From Acaryochloris marina MBIC11017 (GTDB lineage: Bacteria > Cyanobacteriota > Cyanobacteriia > Thermosynechococcales > Thermosynechococcaceae), in assembly GCF_000018105.1 (NCBI RefSeq), contig NC_009925.1, positions 4,290,001 to 4,322,000 of the forward strand: a DNA stretch of 32,000 bases, written 5' to 3'. Shown here in pieces: positions 1-9,927 of the stretch. The notes beneath the pieces are model-generated. The model made no database searches and was not told the DNA's origin. It saw nothing but the letters and a program-made list of their open reading frames with translations. Every line of letters begins with the position of its first letter. Position 1 is the stretch's first letter. A program made the translations under genes and the position numbers.

Positions 1-955
1 TCAGCAGCCATAGCAGTCCTGCTTTGTAGGTGTAGTCGATAATGCCCATGATGTGAACCCCAAAAAACATCACCACTAATCCCATTCCCATGGAAACGGC
101 GAGTAGGCTGAGGTGGGTCCCCATGGACTGGGTGCGGAGTTGCTGCAAGGGTTGCCGACAGGACGCATAGACCAGAATAACCCCCACAATTCCTAGGGGC
201 GCGACCATGGCGAACCGCATCATCAGCAAGACGATTTCCTGTAACGCTGACGGCAGCTCAATGGTGAGGCTGAGGGAAAAGGAAAACCACCAGCAGGCGG
301 CAACGCCAACTAAGCAGAGGACATAGCCGACAAATAGCGGGGGAGACAAGGGGGGACGACCATCCCGTTGAGGCTGCTGTAGAAGCCATTGCCATAGTCG
401 CCACAGGGCCAGCCCCAAGACCAAGACTAAGGAGGCAATCATCCCTCCTTGAATCACCAGATTAGGCTCTAGTTTCTCTAAGGGTAGGGGATAGTTAAAG
501 ACGCCTCGCGGTCCTCGGGTCAGCCATTCTTCATTGACGGCCACCAAGCGAACAACCTCCGAGACGCCAATGGTGACAATGGACAGGTAATCTTCCCGGA
601 GTCGTAGCGTACTGGTGCCGATGGCTAATCCCAGTAGTGCCGCTAACAAAGCCCCGGTCAGCACGGCAATCACTAAAGGAACCTGTTCCGGCAGGACATC
701 CCCTAGAAAGTTCAACATAGAGGCCAGCCCCTCTTGGTTGGCAATCGCTGGATATTGCTCCATCAGCCGCTGGGGCATTTCTTTGATGAAGTTGGGTAGG
801 GTCAAGGCAATGGTGGTGTAGGCTCCAATCGCCATAAAGGCAATATGACCAAAGTTAATGAGCCCGGTATAACCCCACTGTAAATTCAGTCCTAGACTGA
901 ATAGAGCATAAATGGTGGTGAACAGCGCCAGAGAAACAAAATAGCCAACTTCCAT
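1..955 (-). CDS. Branched-chain/neutral amino acid ABC transporter permease, LivM type (N-terminal part; the 3' end runs off the window)
   Basis: My own translation of the minus strand from the ATG at 955..953 gives MEVGYFVSLALFTTIYALFSLGLNLQWGYTGLINFGHIAFMAIGAYTT... It stays open to position 2 and is multi-TM. It fits the LivM/NatC-type signature (LNLxxGYxGxxxxGHxAF..GAY). It is absent from the ORF track because there is no stop inside the window. Confidence 0.7.
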   Translation of the reverse strand, partial: MEVGYFVSLALFTTIYALFSLGLNLQWGYTGLINFGHIAFMAIGAYTTIALTLPNFIKEMPQRLMEQYPAIANQEGLASMLNFLGDVLPEQVPLVIAVLTGALLAALLGLAIGTSTLRLREDYLSIVTIGVSEVVRLVAVNEEWLTRGPRGVFNYPLPLEKLEPNLVIQGGMIASLVLVLGLALWRLWQWLLQQPQRDGRPPLSPPLFVGYVLCLVGVAACWWFSFSLSLTIELPSALQEIVLLMMRFAMVAPLGIVGVILVYASCRQPLQQLRTQSMGTHLSLLAVSMGMGLVVMFFGVHIMGIIDYTYKAGLLWLL

Positions 956-1136
956 AGGCTTGGGAGGGGGTAAAAGCGCGGGTGCGCCGCCTAAATCAAC
1001 GTCTTCAGGATTTTATCAGGCTAGGGGATATTTCCTCTGCTCAGAAATGCTAAAGCCCATCCGAATATTTGGTCACCTTTTCAGGCCACACGCTATGGTT
1101 TAATCATCAACAAATCATTGCACTCAGGAACGATAT

Positions 1137-2726
1137 ATGGATGCAGCCGCCCTTTGGCAACGCTATCAAGACTGGCTTTATTACCACGAGCAGCTGGGTA
1201 TCTATGTAGACATCAGCCGCATGAGTTTTGATGATGCATTCGTGGAACGCTTGGAGCCTAAGTTTGTAAAGGCGTTCAAAGAAATGGATGCCCTGGAAGC
1301 GGGTGCGATCGCAAATCCTGACGAAAATCGCATGGTGGGCCATTATTGGCTCCGAGACTCCAATCTCGCCCCCACTCCTGAATTAAAAAAAGAAATTATT
1401 ACCACCTTAGAAAAAATAGAAGCCTTTGCGGCAGATGTTCATGCCGGACGGATCAAGCCCGCCACCGCCCCTCGCTTTACCGACGTGATTTCCATTGGCA
1501 TTGGTGGGTCTTCTTTGGGACCTCAGTTTGTGTCTCAGGCCTTGGCCGTGCTCCATCCTGCTTTAGAGCTGCATTTTATCGATAATACCGATCCAGCGGG
1601 CATCGATTATATTTTGGACCGGGTCCAAGATCGCCTAGATACTACCCTCGTAGTTACCATTTCTAAGTCTGGCGGTACACCTGAAACGCGCAATGGCATG
1701 TTAGAAGCGAAAAACCGCTTCAAAAATTTGGGATTAGATTTTCCCAAACATGCTGTTGCCGTTACCGGGTATGGCAGTAAACTGGCCCAAATTGCTGAAG
1801 AGGAGGGCTGGTTAGCCATGCTCCCCATGCATGACTGGGTTGGCGGACGAACCTCTGAACTGTCTGCGGTGGGCTTGGTGCCCGCTTCCTTGCAGGGCAT
1901 TGCTATTCGGGAGATGCTGGCCGGGGCCAAAGCCATGGATGAAGCCACCCGCGTGCATGATCTCAAAACCAATCCTGCTGCCTTGTTAGCCTTGTCTTGG
2001 TATTTTGCCGGGGAAGGGGCAGGCAAAAAAGATATGGTGATTTTGCCCTATAAGGACAGCTTGATGCTGTTTAGCCGCTATCTCCAGCAGCTGGTGATGG
2101 AGTCCTTAGGTAAAGAAAAAGATCTGGACGACAAAATTGTGCACCAAGGCATTGCCGTTTATGGCAACAAAGGTTCAACGGATCAACATGCCTATGTCCA
2201 AGAACTGCGGGAAGGTATTCCTAACTTCTTCCTGACCTTTATCGAAGTTTTAAAAGATCGCGATGGCACTCGCTTTGAAGTGGAACCCGGTGTGACCTCT
2301 GGGGATTACCTATCAGGGTTTCTCTTAGGGACTCGGGAAGCGCTGTATGAAAAACGGCGTGATTCCATTACCGTGACTTTGCCAGAAGTGACCTCCAAAC
2401 AGGTGGGGGCTTTGATTGCTCTATATGAGCGGGCAGTGGGTCTCTATGCGTCCTTAATTAATGTCAACGCCTATCACCAACCTGGTGTAGAGGCAGGTAA
2501 GAAAGCCGCAACGGATACCATTGCGTTGCAAAATAAAATTGTGCAAATCCTCAGAAATACCCTAACACCTTTACCTATCACCAGTTTGGCTGATAAAGCC
2601 GAAGCCCCGGACAAAATAGAGACGGTCTATAAAATTGTCCGGCATCTCGCCGCCAATAAACGGGGGGTTGAGCTATACGGTAATCCAGCTGAGCCAGGAA
2701 GCCTCCAGGTCACGCTCAAGGGCTAG
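1137..2726 (+). CDS. pgi: Glucose-6-phosphate isomerase
   Basis: 529-aa ORF with typical cyanobacterial PGI length and motifs ([54 protein letters not shown]). A terminator follows the gene. Confidence 0.95.
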   Translation: MDAAALWQRYQDWLYYHEQLGIYVDISRMSFDDAFVERLEPKFVKAFKEMDALEAGAIANPDENRMVGHYWLRDSNLAPTPELKKEIITTLEKIEAFAADVHAGRIKPATAPRFTDVISIGIGGSSLGPQFVSQALAVLHPALELHFIDNTDPAGIDYILDRVQDRLDTTLVVTISKSGGTPETRNGMLEAKNRFKNLGLDFPKHAVAVTGYGSKLAQIAEEEGWLAMLPMHDWVGGRTSELSAVGLVPASLQGIAIREMLAGAKAMDEATRVHDLKTNPAALLALSWYFAGEGAGKKDMVILPYKDSLMLFSRYLQQLVMESLGKEKDLDDKIVHQGIAVYGNKGSTDQHAYVQELREGIPNFFLTFIEVLKDRDGTRFEVEPGVTSGDYLSGFLLGTREALYEKRRDSITVTLPEVTSKQVGALIALYERAVGLYASLINVNAYHQPGVEAGKKAATDTIALQNKIVQILRNTLTPLPITSLADKAEAPDKIETVYKIVRHLAANKRGVELYGNPAEPGSLQVTLKG

Positions 2727-2752
2727 TCAGTCTAACCTTAAATAACCGCATC

Positions 2753-2788
2753 AACGGGCCTCTGCATACAGAGACCCGTTTTTATTTT
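2753..2788 (+). terminator. Rho-independent terminator of pgi
   Basis: Stem aacgggcctctg / cagagacccgtt (one mismatch), loop cata, followed by ttttatttt. It starts 27 nt after the pgi stop. Confidence 0.7.
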
Positions 2789-2901
2789 GGTTGCGGTATG
2801 GCAAAAATCATCCGGAATCTTTCTCTGAAATGTTCATTAACTGGATGGGAATTCCCATACTAAATCTATGGCCCTTATGCCCTTGCATTTAAATCCCAAC
2901 C

Positions 2902-3804
2902 ATGACGTCTTCCCCTGCGCCCCAATTGATTATTACTGGCGAGATTCCACAACAACTTGATCTCACCAGCCAAAAAACTTGGACCCTAGGACGAAGTTCG
3001 ATTAATTCGATTGTGTTGGCGGAAGGGGCCGTGTCTCGGCATCATGCCAAGTTAGAGGTTGTGGATAATCGGCATTGCTACTTTGTGGATCTCAATAGCA
3101 GCAATGGTTCCCAACTGAATCAGAAGCGGGTCACAGAGCCGTTGCTGCTCAAACATGGCGATGTGATTACCATTGGATCCACTGATATCCGATTTCATTT
3201 TCCCTATGTCACCCATTCTGGATCTACGATTCCGTTTCGCCCTAAGCAGGTGTTAATGATGCAGGAGTCGGCCACTCAAGGCATCATTTGGCAGGAGATT
3301 CTCTGTTCTCAGGGATTTGACGTCCATTGGTTGCCCCCTTCTGCCAACATCCAACAGCGTATGAACTTGGATGCGGCTGCTAATGTTTTGCCTGATTTAC
3401 TGTTGGTGGATATCGAAGCGTATAAAGGGGATGCCTTGGCATTGTGTGCTTGGTGTCGGGATACTTACCCCCAACTGCCCTTATTTTTAACCCTCAGTAC
3501 GGTCGCTTCCGCTTCCATTGTGGAGACGAATGCAACTCTACCCACGGGAACGGGGAAAATATTGCCTGCTTTTCCTTGCGATCAGCTATCCCTGAAAATT
3601 GGTACCTTTGTGCAATCCCTAGAATCCGTCCTAGAAGGCATGGGAGGCTGCAGCTTGAATCAGCAGGATCTAATGGTGGCCCTTGCCAACTTAGATCAGA
3701 TTCTCAGTCGTTCTAGCATTCCCATTGGAGCTTCTCCGACCGTTGAGGATGATCTAGATGAATTTACGATTCTAAATAATAAGAAAAATCCCCAGGCCAG
3801 TTAA
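2902..3804 (+). CDS. FHA-domain protein with a receiver-like C-terminal region
   Basis: The N-terminus has an FHA signature (TWTLGRSSINSIVLAEGAVSRHHAKLE...YFVDLNSSNGSQLNQKRV...GDVITIG). The C-terminal part resembles a CheY-like fold (PDLLLVDIEA) but has no clear phospho-acceptor context. Confidence 0.8.
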   Translation: MTSSPAPQLIITGEIPQQLDLTSQKTWTLGRSSINSIVLAEGAVSRHHAKLEVVDNRHCYFVDLNSSNGSQLNQKRVTEPLLLKHGDVITIGSTDIRFHFPYVTHSGSTIPFRPKQVLMMQESATQGIIWQEILCSQGFDVHWLPPSANIQQRMNLDAAANVLPDLLLVDIEAYKGDALALCAWCRDTYPQLPLFLTLSTVASASIVETNATLPTGTGKILPAFPCDQLSLKIGTFVQSLESVLEGMGGCSLNQQDLMVALANLDQILSRSSIPIGASPTVEDDLDEFTILNNKKNPQAS

Positions 3805-3828
3805 GGCTGACTCAGCAATCTCTGCCCC

Positions 3829-4728
3829 TTAAGGACCGATCGATGGGATCAGCCCCAACAGTATGGGTAAGGTGACTAGGCTGAGTAAGGTGGAGCCAAT
3901 AATGGAGCGGGCAACCCGGGCGGGCTCTCCCCCAAACTCATTAACCCAAATCAGGGTGTTGACGGCAGTGGGCATGGCGCTTTGAAGCACGAGCACCTGT
4001 AAATCTAAAGGAGCGAGTCGTAGACTGGTGCCGATGCCTAGGGCGATCAGGGGCGCGAGGAGCAGCCGCAGGCTGGCAGCCATCAGTTCATACTGGCCAA
4101 TTTGTAATGGGTTTTGGGCTAGCTGCATGCCTAGGGTGACGAGGGCAATGGGGATGGCTGCATTCCCCAACATGGCGATTCCCTCATCGAGACGGAAGGG
4201 TAGCTGAAGCCCAGAGACCTGGAGCAGTAACCCAGCCAGCATGGCCCAAAATAGCGGTAGCTTGAGAGTTAACGCGAGACCAGCGCGAAGCCCTGATGTA
4301 TTCAGTAACGCCGGTCCTACTCCTGCCATCAAAATGGCGGCGGAAATGAGATAAATAATGGCCCGCTCCAATCCGGCTGCCCCTAAGGTAAAGGAGACCA
4401 TCGGTAAACCCAGGTTACCGACATTGCCAAAGAGGGTGGTGGCTAGCAAACTCATTTTGACCGGGGGGGAAAGTTTTAACCCTCGGCTGATAAGCAGAAC
4501 GATCACCGCTAGGGTCAGGGTGGTGAGCAGGTATCCGGCGATCAACCCTGCCGCGCTCTGGAGTGACAGGGTATTGCGATAGAGGCTACTGGCAATCAGG
4601 GCTGGGACCAGGATATAGATGGCCAGATGGGATAAGGTTTGGTAGTCCAGCTTTAGGGTTTTGCCTGCTAGATAACCAATGCAGATAATAAGGCTGACTG
4701 GCAGGATGGCAGGGAGTAAGGCAGTCAT
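3829..4728 (-). CDS. AEC (auxin efflux carrier) family membrane transporter
   Basis: Polytopic membrane ORF of about 300 aa with an AEC-like N-terminus (MTALLPAILPVSLIICIGYLAGK). ATG at 4728; the track's longer start at 4740 is a TTG. Confidence 0.75.
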   Translation of the reverse strand: MTALLPAILPVSLIICIGYLAGKTLKLDYQTLSHLAIYILVPALIASSLYRNTLSLQSAAGLIAGYLLTTLTLAVIVLLISRGLKLSPPVKMSLLATTLFGNVGNLGLPMVSFTLGAAGLERAIIYLISAAILMAGVGPALLNTSGLRAGLALTLKLPLFWAMLAGLLLQVSGLQLPFRLDEGIAMLGNAAIPIALVTLGMQLAQNPLQIGQYELMAASLRLLLAPLIALGIGTSLRLAPLDLQVLVLQSAMPTAVNTLIWVNEFGGEPARVARSIIGSTLLSLVTLPILLGLIPSIGP

Positions 4729-4771
4729 CGCAGCCCTCAATCAATGGGTAAGGTCATCCTAGGTTGGATTT

Positions 4772-5221
4772 ATGCGAGCGTCACTCGGATTGCTGATTGT
4801 CATGTCTAAGTTACCAGCCCCACCGTATCGTCCCTATCGTCAGGCATTGGCTGTCTGCATGGCGGTGATCGTGCCCTTGGGATTGGCCCTTAAGTTTTAC
4901 CAGGGACCAGGGCAGTCATGGCTCAATGATACGTTCGGTGGGGTTCCCTATGAGATTTTCTTTGTTTTGCTGGCGGCCTATATTTGGCCTGCGGTCTCTC
5001 CTGGAAGAATTGCGATCGCAGTCTGTCTGGCCACCTGTGGAGTGGAATTTTTACAGCTGTGGCAACCGGCTTGGCTACAGGCCATTCGAGCCACGTTGCC
5101 AGGACGCCTGGTTTTAGGCACTACCTTTAGCTGGGCGGACTTTCCCTACTATTTTGTCGGCAGTGGGTTGGGATGGTTAGGGTTGCGAGGGCTCCAGCGA
5201 AAAATATATCGCACCTATTAA
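4772..5221 (+). CDS. Small integral membrane protein, DUF2809-like
   Basis: 149-aa ORF with 3-4 TM segments. The pattern GGVPYEIFFVLL...VEFLQLWQPAWLQAIRATLPGRLVLGTTFSWADFPYYFVG resembles the DUF2809 family from memory. Confidence 0.5.
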   Translation: MRASLGLLIVMSKLPAPPYRPYRQALAVCMAVIVPLGLALKFYQGPGQSWLNDTFGGVPYEIFFVLLAAYIWPAVSPGRIAIAVCLATCGVEFLQLWQPAWLQAIRATLPGRLVLGTTFSWADFPYYFVGSGLGWLGLRGLQRKIYRTY

Positions 5222-5338
5222 TTCGCCTCATTTATTTTAGGTATAAAACATCCGATGCTGATCCGCCTCATAAATCTGCCGTGGTAAATTGTCAGATGCG
5301 CGTGTAGCACCAGCCCCGATGCCAGCAGGAGTAGAGCC

Positions 5339-6097
5339 ATGTTAATGATCATCTCCCCCTCTAAAACGCAAAACTTTGATCCGCGACCTGGGATTGACTA
5401 TACGGTGCCTGCTCAAGCTGCGCGAACTCAAAGGTTGGTCAAGCAACTGCGACAATATAGCCCGGAAGACCTGGGCAAGTTGATGAAAATCAGTCCAAAA
5501 CTGTCTGATCTCAACTGGCAACGCTACCAGGACTTTCAGGACTCATTTACCCAAAACAATGCCAAACAAGCTCTTTTAGCGTTTAAAGGAGATGTCTATA
5601 ACGGGATTGAGGTCGATACTTACACGCCAGAGGATTTTACCTTTGCCCAGAATCATCTCCGTATTCTGTCGGGGTTATATGGTCTCCTCAAGCCCCTGGA
5701 TTTGATCCAGCCCTATCGGTTGGAGATGGGGACAAAGCTCCAGACGGACAAAGGCAAAACCCTTTATGACTTTTGGGGGGCTCAAATTACCGACGCACTG
5801 AATGCTGATTTAGCCTCAGATACCACTCTGGTAAACCTAGCGTCTGGGGAATATTTCAAGGCCGTTCAACCTCAACAGCTCAACGGCAAGGTGCTCAATA
5901 TCGCCTTTAAGGAAAATAAAAATGGCACCTATAAAGTGATTGGCATTCACGCTAAACGGGCGCGAGGATTAATGGTGAACTATGCCATCCAAAACCGTAT
6001 AACTGCCCCCAAAGCTTTACAAGCGTTTGATGAAGAGGGCTATGGGTTCGAACCTAGTCTGTCGACCGAAACAGAGTGGGTTTTTTGTCGAAACTGA
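5339..6097 (+). CDS. yaaA: Peroxide stress protein YaaA (UPF0246/DUF328)
   Basis: 252 aa with the characteristic N-terminus MLMIISPSKTQ and family-typical GDVY, RILSGLYGLLKPLDLIQPYRLEM and HAKRARG motifs. Confidence 0.9.
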   Translation: MLMIISPSKTQNFDPRPGIDYTVPAQAARTQRLVKQLRQYSPEDLGKLMKISPKLSDLNWQRYQDFQDSFTQNNAKQALLAFKGDVYNGIEVDTYTPEDFTFAQNHLRILSGLYGLLKPLDLIQPYRLEMGTKLQTDKGKTLYDFWGAQITDALNADLASDTTLVNLASGEYFKAVQPQQLNGKVLNIAFKENKNGTYKVIGIHAKRARGLMVNYAIQNRITAPKALQAFDEEGYGFEPSLSTETEWVFCRN

Positions 6098-6213
6098 CCA
6101 GGCCGTATGAATAACGCCCCACTTCATATTTTCTCATCGCTACAATAATACTCACAATTTTTGAGAGTTCTGGGAACTATGTAAGTGACGAGAGTTCTAC
6201 GAATGAGGAGAGA

Positions 6214-6765
6214 ATGGGGGTATTAAGACTATATCTAGCAATCTGTGTGGTAGCTGCTCATTCTGAGCCTATTTTCCCATGGAAAGTTCATGATGGTAGA
6301 GAGGCTGTACAGATATTTTTTATGATTTCAGGGTTTTATATGGCTTTGATATCTAATAAATATACGCATAAGCTTGAATTTTACTGTAGTCGCCTTTTGA
6401 GAATATTTATTCCATATTTTGTTGTTATAACATTTATTTTATTGTCAAGTATATTGACTGGTATTTTTTTTGATAAATGGGGAGAGCTACAACCCTATAT
6501 AGAGTATTCATCTAATAAAAATGGGGTTTTGGGAGTTTTATTTGTCACTCTATCTAATATGATAGTGGCTTTCCAAGATATGGTTTTATTCCTCACTCAT
6601 GATGCAGGCCAATCTTTTCAATTTACAACCAATTTTACTGATAGTCAGCAGCCTTTATACAAGTACCTCATTATCCCTCAAGGTTGGTCTATTAGCTTGG
6701 AGCTAATCTTTTATTTACTAGCACCATTTTTGGTAAAAATGCGTACTATGCGATTGGCTGTTATA
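6214..6765 (+). pseudogene. Acyltransferase family 3 (OafA-like) membrane protein, 5' fragment cut by an IS630-family insertion
   Basis: MGVLRLYLAICVVAAHS...QIFFMISGFY is acyltransferase_3-like. An RBS (aggagag) lies upstream. The ORF ends 2 codons into the IS. The region is visibly AT-rich. Confidence 0.75.
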
Positions 6766-7907
6766 CTCTAGGCGGCTAAGATATTAACTTTCTTAAAAGA
6801 CTGAAACTTGAGTGATAGTAAGGTGGTGAGTTTCGCCTTATGCTCTCCATTACACTGGTCGATGCACTGTTGAATGGCCCCTTTGAAGGCGGGAAAATCA
6901 GCATAATACTTTGAATAGAGACATTCCTTGCGTACAAAACGCCAGAGTCGCTCAATCAAATTCAAATGGGGTGAATAGGAGGGCAGATAGACCAGCTCAA
7001 TATCGACGATCTCGGCAAAGTCCGTTACAAGCTGACATTTCTGGTATCGCGCATTGTCTAAAATCACGCTGATGGGTATGACTGGGTCAAGTAGCGCCAG
7101 CTTGGCCAGTAACAGGCACATACTGTGAGAATTGATATAGGTGTGGTTGGTAACGCTGACTAGGTCTTTGGTGATAGCGTCGAGCGCGCCCAGGACATTG
7201 AAACGTTGGCGACCAGAAGGAGAAGGGATGAAGATCCGAGTGATGCACCAGACAAACCCTAGATAAGCACGGTGAACAAAGTGAGCAGCATCCACAAAAA
7301 AGACAAGACGCTCTTGGCGTTGAGCTTCCTCTAATAAGGGTTCAAGGCGAGTGTGTCGAAACTGCTCTTGCTCCTCAATTTTCTCGGGCAGACTCGACTT
7401 TCCCGGCACATACCCCACTTTTCGATAACGACAACCGATGCGTTTGAGGAAGGCTTTGATTTGGGTGGGACTGCGTTTGATGCCTGTTAATTGCTCAATG
7501 ACCGCTTGAGCTTCTGCACTGGTGCGGGGAGGATGTTGCTCAAAGTAAGCTCTCACACTATCGCTATGAGCGTTGAGTAGACTCGGTTGACCTTTATATT
7601 CAAGGGTCTTCAGCCCTTCAATCCCTCCTTGTTGATACTGACGAAGAGTTTTGGCTAAAGTGGGGCGACTAATCTGACAAAGCTGGCAGATCTGGGTATG
7701 GGAAAGACCTTGACTCTTCAAGTAGAGCACTTCCATCCGTCGCTGCACCCGTGGGTGAGGGTGATGATAGCGTTCGTAATTGAGTTGTTGGATTTCCTCT
7801 GCGGTGAAATCAATTTTAATCATGGGAGTGGAGGATAGGTGCGGGGATACTCCCAGTGTGCCAAATCTCTCTACCACAATGTTAAGTCACAAGTCGTCCG
7901 CAGTATA
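6766..7907 (-). mobile_element. IS630-family insertion sequence (about 1.14 kb) inside the acyltransferase gene
   Basis: It contains a single DDE transposase ORF. The junctions lie in TA-rich sequence (gttaTA|ctctagg ... cgcagtata|TAgct), consistent with IS630 TA target duplication. The termini share TACT...TTAAC similarity (about 17/28 by eye). Boundaries are good to about +/-4 nt. Confidence 0.8.
6768..7823 (-). CDS. IS630-family DDE transposase
   Basis: N-terminal HTH (LSHTQICQLCQISRPTLAKTLRQY). DDE_3 motifs are FVDAAHF, ILDNARYQ and LPSYSPHLNLIERLWRFVRKE. The likely start is the ATG at 7823 (MIKIDFTAEE); the track start at 7877 is upstream and in frame. Confidence 0.85.
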   Translation of the reverse strand: MIKIDFTAEEIQQLNYERYHHPHPRVQRRMEVLYLKSQGLSHTQICQLCQISRPTLAKTLRQYQQGGIEGLKTLEYKGQPSLLNAHSDSVRAYFEQHPPRTSAEAQAVIEQLTGIKRSPTQIKAFLKRIGCRYRKVGYVPGKSSLPEKIEEQEQFRHTRLEPLLEEAQRQERLVFFVDAAHFVHRAYLGFVWCITRIFIPSPSGRQRFNVLGALDAITKDLVSVTNHTYINSHSMCLLLAKLALLDPVIPISVILDNARYQKCQLVTDFAEIVDIELVYLPSYSPHLNLIERLWRFVRKECLYSKYYADFPAFKGAIQQCIDQCNGEHKAKLTTLLSLKFQSFKKVNILAA

Positions 7908-7909
7908 TA

Positions 7910-8518
7910 GCTGCCATCTCTACAGTGATGCGAATTATGACTTATGAAATACTTCGATTGAGTAACGATCCTTGGACATATCGATTTTTCCCATTTGAGA
8001 TATCGCTTTTTATATTAGGTATTCTAAGCTATAGGCTCTATTGTAGATACAAAAAAATTATTGATAATTACCTTGCTAATTATTCGATAGAATCTACCAA
8101 AAAATATTTAACATTCGTTGTTTTATCGATATCATTCTTTTTCGAAACAAATGCTACAGAACATACTCTGTCAAAACTGATTGGGACTAACTATTCAGTA
8201 CTTATTGCTTACTATGGCTGGATTGTTGCTATCCCAATTCTGTTCTCAATTTGCAAGAATCATAAAACTGATCGGCTGATTGGTGAACTCTCTTATTCTG
8301 TTTACTTAGTCCATGTTTTTGTCATCTTTTTGGTGACTGAATTAATACAGTTTTCAAGGATTATATCAGTTGGCTGGCGTGGTGAAATTTCTGCAATGAT
8401 CTCAATCGCTTTAGCGATTGCTTTGATCAGATTTGTGATAACGCCCTTGGAGAAGAAACGTTATCAATATTCAAAAGCACTTGTGAAACACTGGGTTCAA
8501 CACAGAGCACTTCGGTGA
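7910..8518 (+). pseudogene. Acyltransferase family 3 membrane protein, 3' fragment
   Basis: GELSYSVYLVHVFVIFLV is a typical acyltransferase_3 C-terminal motif. The reading frame is open back to the IS junction (..YIAAISTVMRIM..) and rejoins the 5' fragment in frame. Confidence 0.75.
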
Positions 8519-9171
8519 ATCATGTGATGAGAGAACCACAAATGGTATCCAAATTACACGCTTTTTTGGCACAGCAGCTCGGACATCCCTCTGGTATATG
8601 GGGGCGACTCCTACTGCGATTACTCAATCGAGAAAATGCCGGGATGAATCGGTTGGCCTTTGAGCAACTGGCGATACGTCAGGGCGATCGCATCCTAGAA
8701 ATTGGATTTGGTGGGGGCAGTTTGCTGGCTCGTATCTTAGCAACAGGTCTACCCAAAACAGTGGTTGGACTGGACTATGCGGAAGATGCTCTGACTGTCA
8801 CCCAGCGAAAATTATGGCGATATGTTCATTCAGGCCAACTGACGCTACAGCAAGGCAATGCCAGCCATCTTCCGTTCCCGGACCAGCAGTTTGATCATAT
8901 TTGTACGGTCAATACTCTCTACTTTTGGCCGGATGCTCAAACTGTGTTTCAAGAATGCTATCGCGTGTTAACACCGTCAGGAACAGTGGTCGTTTGTTAC
9001 AACACCAAAGACTTTCTGGAACAACAAGGGTTAACTCAGCAAGGATTTAAGGGATATGAGGTGAAAACGGTGGAAAAGTTTTTGGATGAAATTGGATTTC
9101 AGTCAATAGAAACCTTCTCTAGACAGGATTCCAGTAATGGCCAATATCATTGCACCTGTGGAAAACGGTGA
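8515..9171 (+). CDS. Class I SAM-dependent methyltransferase
   Basis: Motif I is ILEIGFGGGSL, with a post-I acidic residue (GLDYAE) and LYFWPD. The start is uncertain: GTG at 8515 overlaps the upstream stop, with alternative ATGs at 8527 and 8542. Confidence 0.8.
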   Translation: MNHVMREPQMVSKLHAFLAQQLGHPSGIWGRLLLRLLNRENAGMNRLAFEQLAIRQGDRILEIGFGGGSLLARILATGLPKTVVGLDYAEDALTVTQRKLWRYVHSGQLTLQQGNASHLPFPDQQFDHICTVNTLYFWPDAQTVFQECYRVLTPSGTVVVCYNTKDFLEQQGLTQQGFKGYEVKTVEKFLDEIGFQSIETFSRQDSSNGQYHCTCGKR

Positions 9172-9179
9172 CATTGAAC

Positions 9180-9752
9180 CTAAGTCCAGACTGTAAATAC
9201 ATAAACAAAATAAGCCCCATATAAAGCCCCCATGATTCCCAGGGCAATGCGACCTTTTAGGGATCGATAGTGGCGAAACAGCACTACACAGCTAATCAAA
9301 ACAGCCAAGATTTCAAGACGGGTAACCACGCCTCCATAATGGTCAGGATCCCAATAAGAAACTGGACTTTCAAACCGCCAGTTGGAGAACGGAAAAAAGT
9401 GACGATGACCATCATCATGATGGAGGGGTAAATCTCCCAATGCGTGTAAGGCCATGCTGGCAAAGAGTAACATGCCAACTTGAGAGCTGGCCCAGAAGGC
9501 GAACAAACAACCGAACGCCATGATGGGTAAGGAATTGAAAATATCAATAAAGTTTTGCCAATGGATCTGGTAGTAGGCTTGTCCCCAAATATAGGGTTCA
9601 GAACTCCCCCGAATGACCTTTTCCACAAAATAGAAAACGAACATGGGGGCATCTGGTAACACACCACCCACAATAATTGAGGTGACTAAGTTGGTGGATC
9701 GATGGCGGCCCAAGCACAGCAGATTGAACACAATATGGGCAGGAGTATTCAT
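9180..9752 (-). CDS. Integral membrane protein with a His-rich motif (possible membrane-bound metal-dependent hydrolase)
   Basis: About 190 aa with about 5 TM segments. It has conserved-looking H/D clusters (PAHIVFN, LPDAP, HALGDLPLHHDDGHRHFFPFS). The function is a guess. ATG at 9752; the track start at 9758 is a TTG. Confidence 0.5.
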   Translation of the reverse strand: MNTPAHIVFNLLCLGRHRSTNLVTSIIVGGVLPDAPMFVFYFVEKVIRGSSEPYIWGQAYYQIHWQNFIDIFNSLPIMAFGCLFAFWASSQVGMLLFASMALHALGDLPLHHDDGHRHFFPFSNWRFESPVSYWDPDHYGGVVTRLEILAVLISCVVLFRHYRSLKGRIALGIMGALYGAYFVYVFTVWT

Positions 9753-9927
9753 TGGCAAAGATTAGCAAGTCTTAAAAGGCTTCAATATGCTGTAAAAAAT
9801 GCTGAGTGATATCATAACCTACCTTTTTAGCGGGAATCCTAAGTAAAGTGGGAGCTCAGCAGAAATAACGATGAACGGTGTACCGTTCGCCTAGTCATAA
9901 ATTGTCACCCATACTTCCCCTCCCCAA

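Noticed and set aside
1607-2026. A minus-strand 139-aa ORF inside pgi. Similar internal or antisense ORFs occur at 615..821, 1107..1343, 3444..3716, 4358..4582, 4926..5117, 9296..9673, 10258..12470, 14107..14788, 15033..15783, 16376..17265, 21337..22444 and 22559..22762.
   Set aside because: They lie inside or antisense to strongly supported genes, have no recognisable domains, and are typical shadow ORFs.
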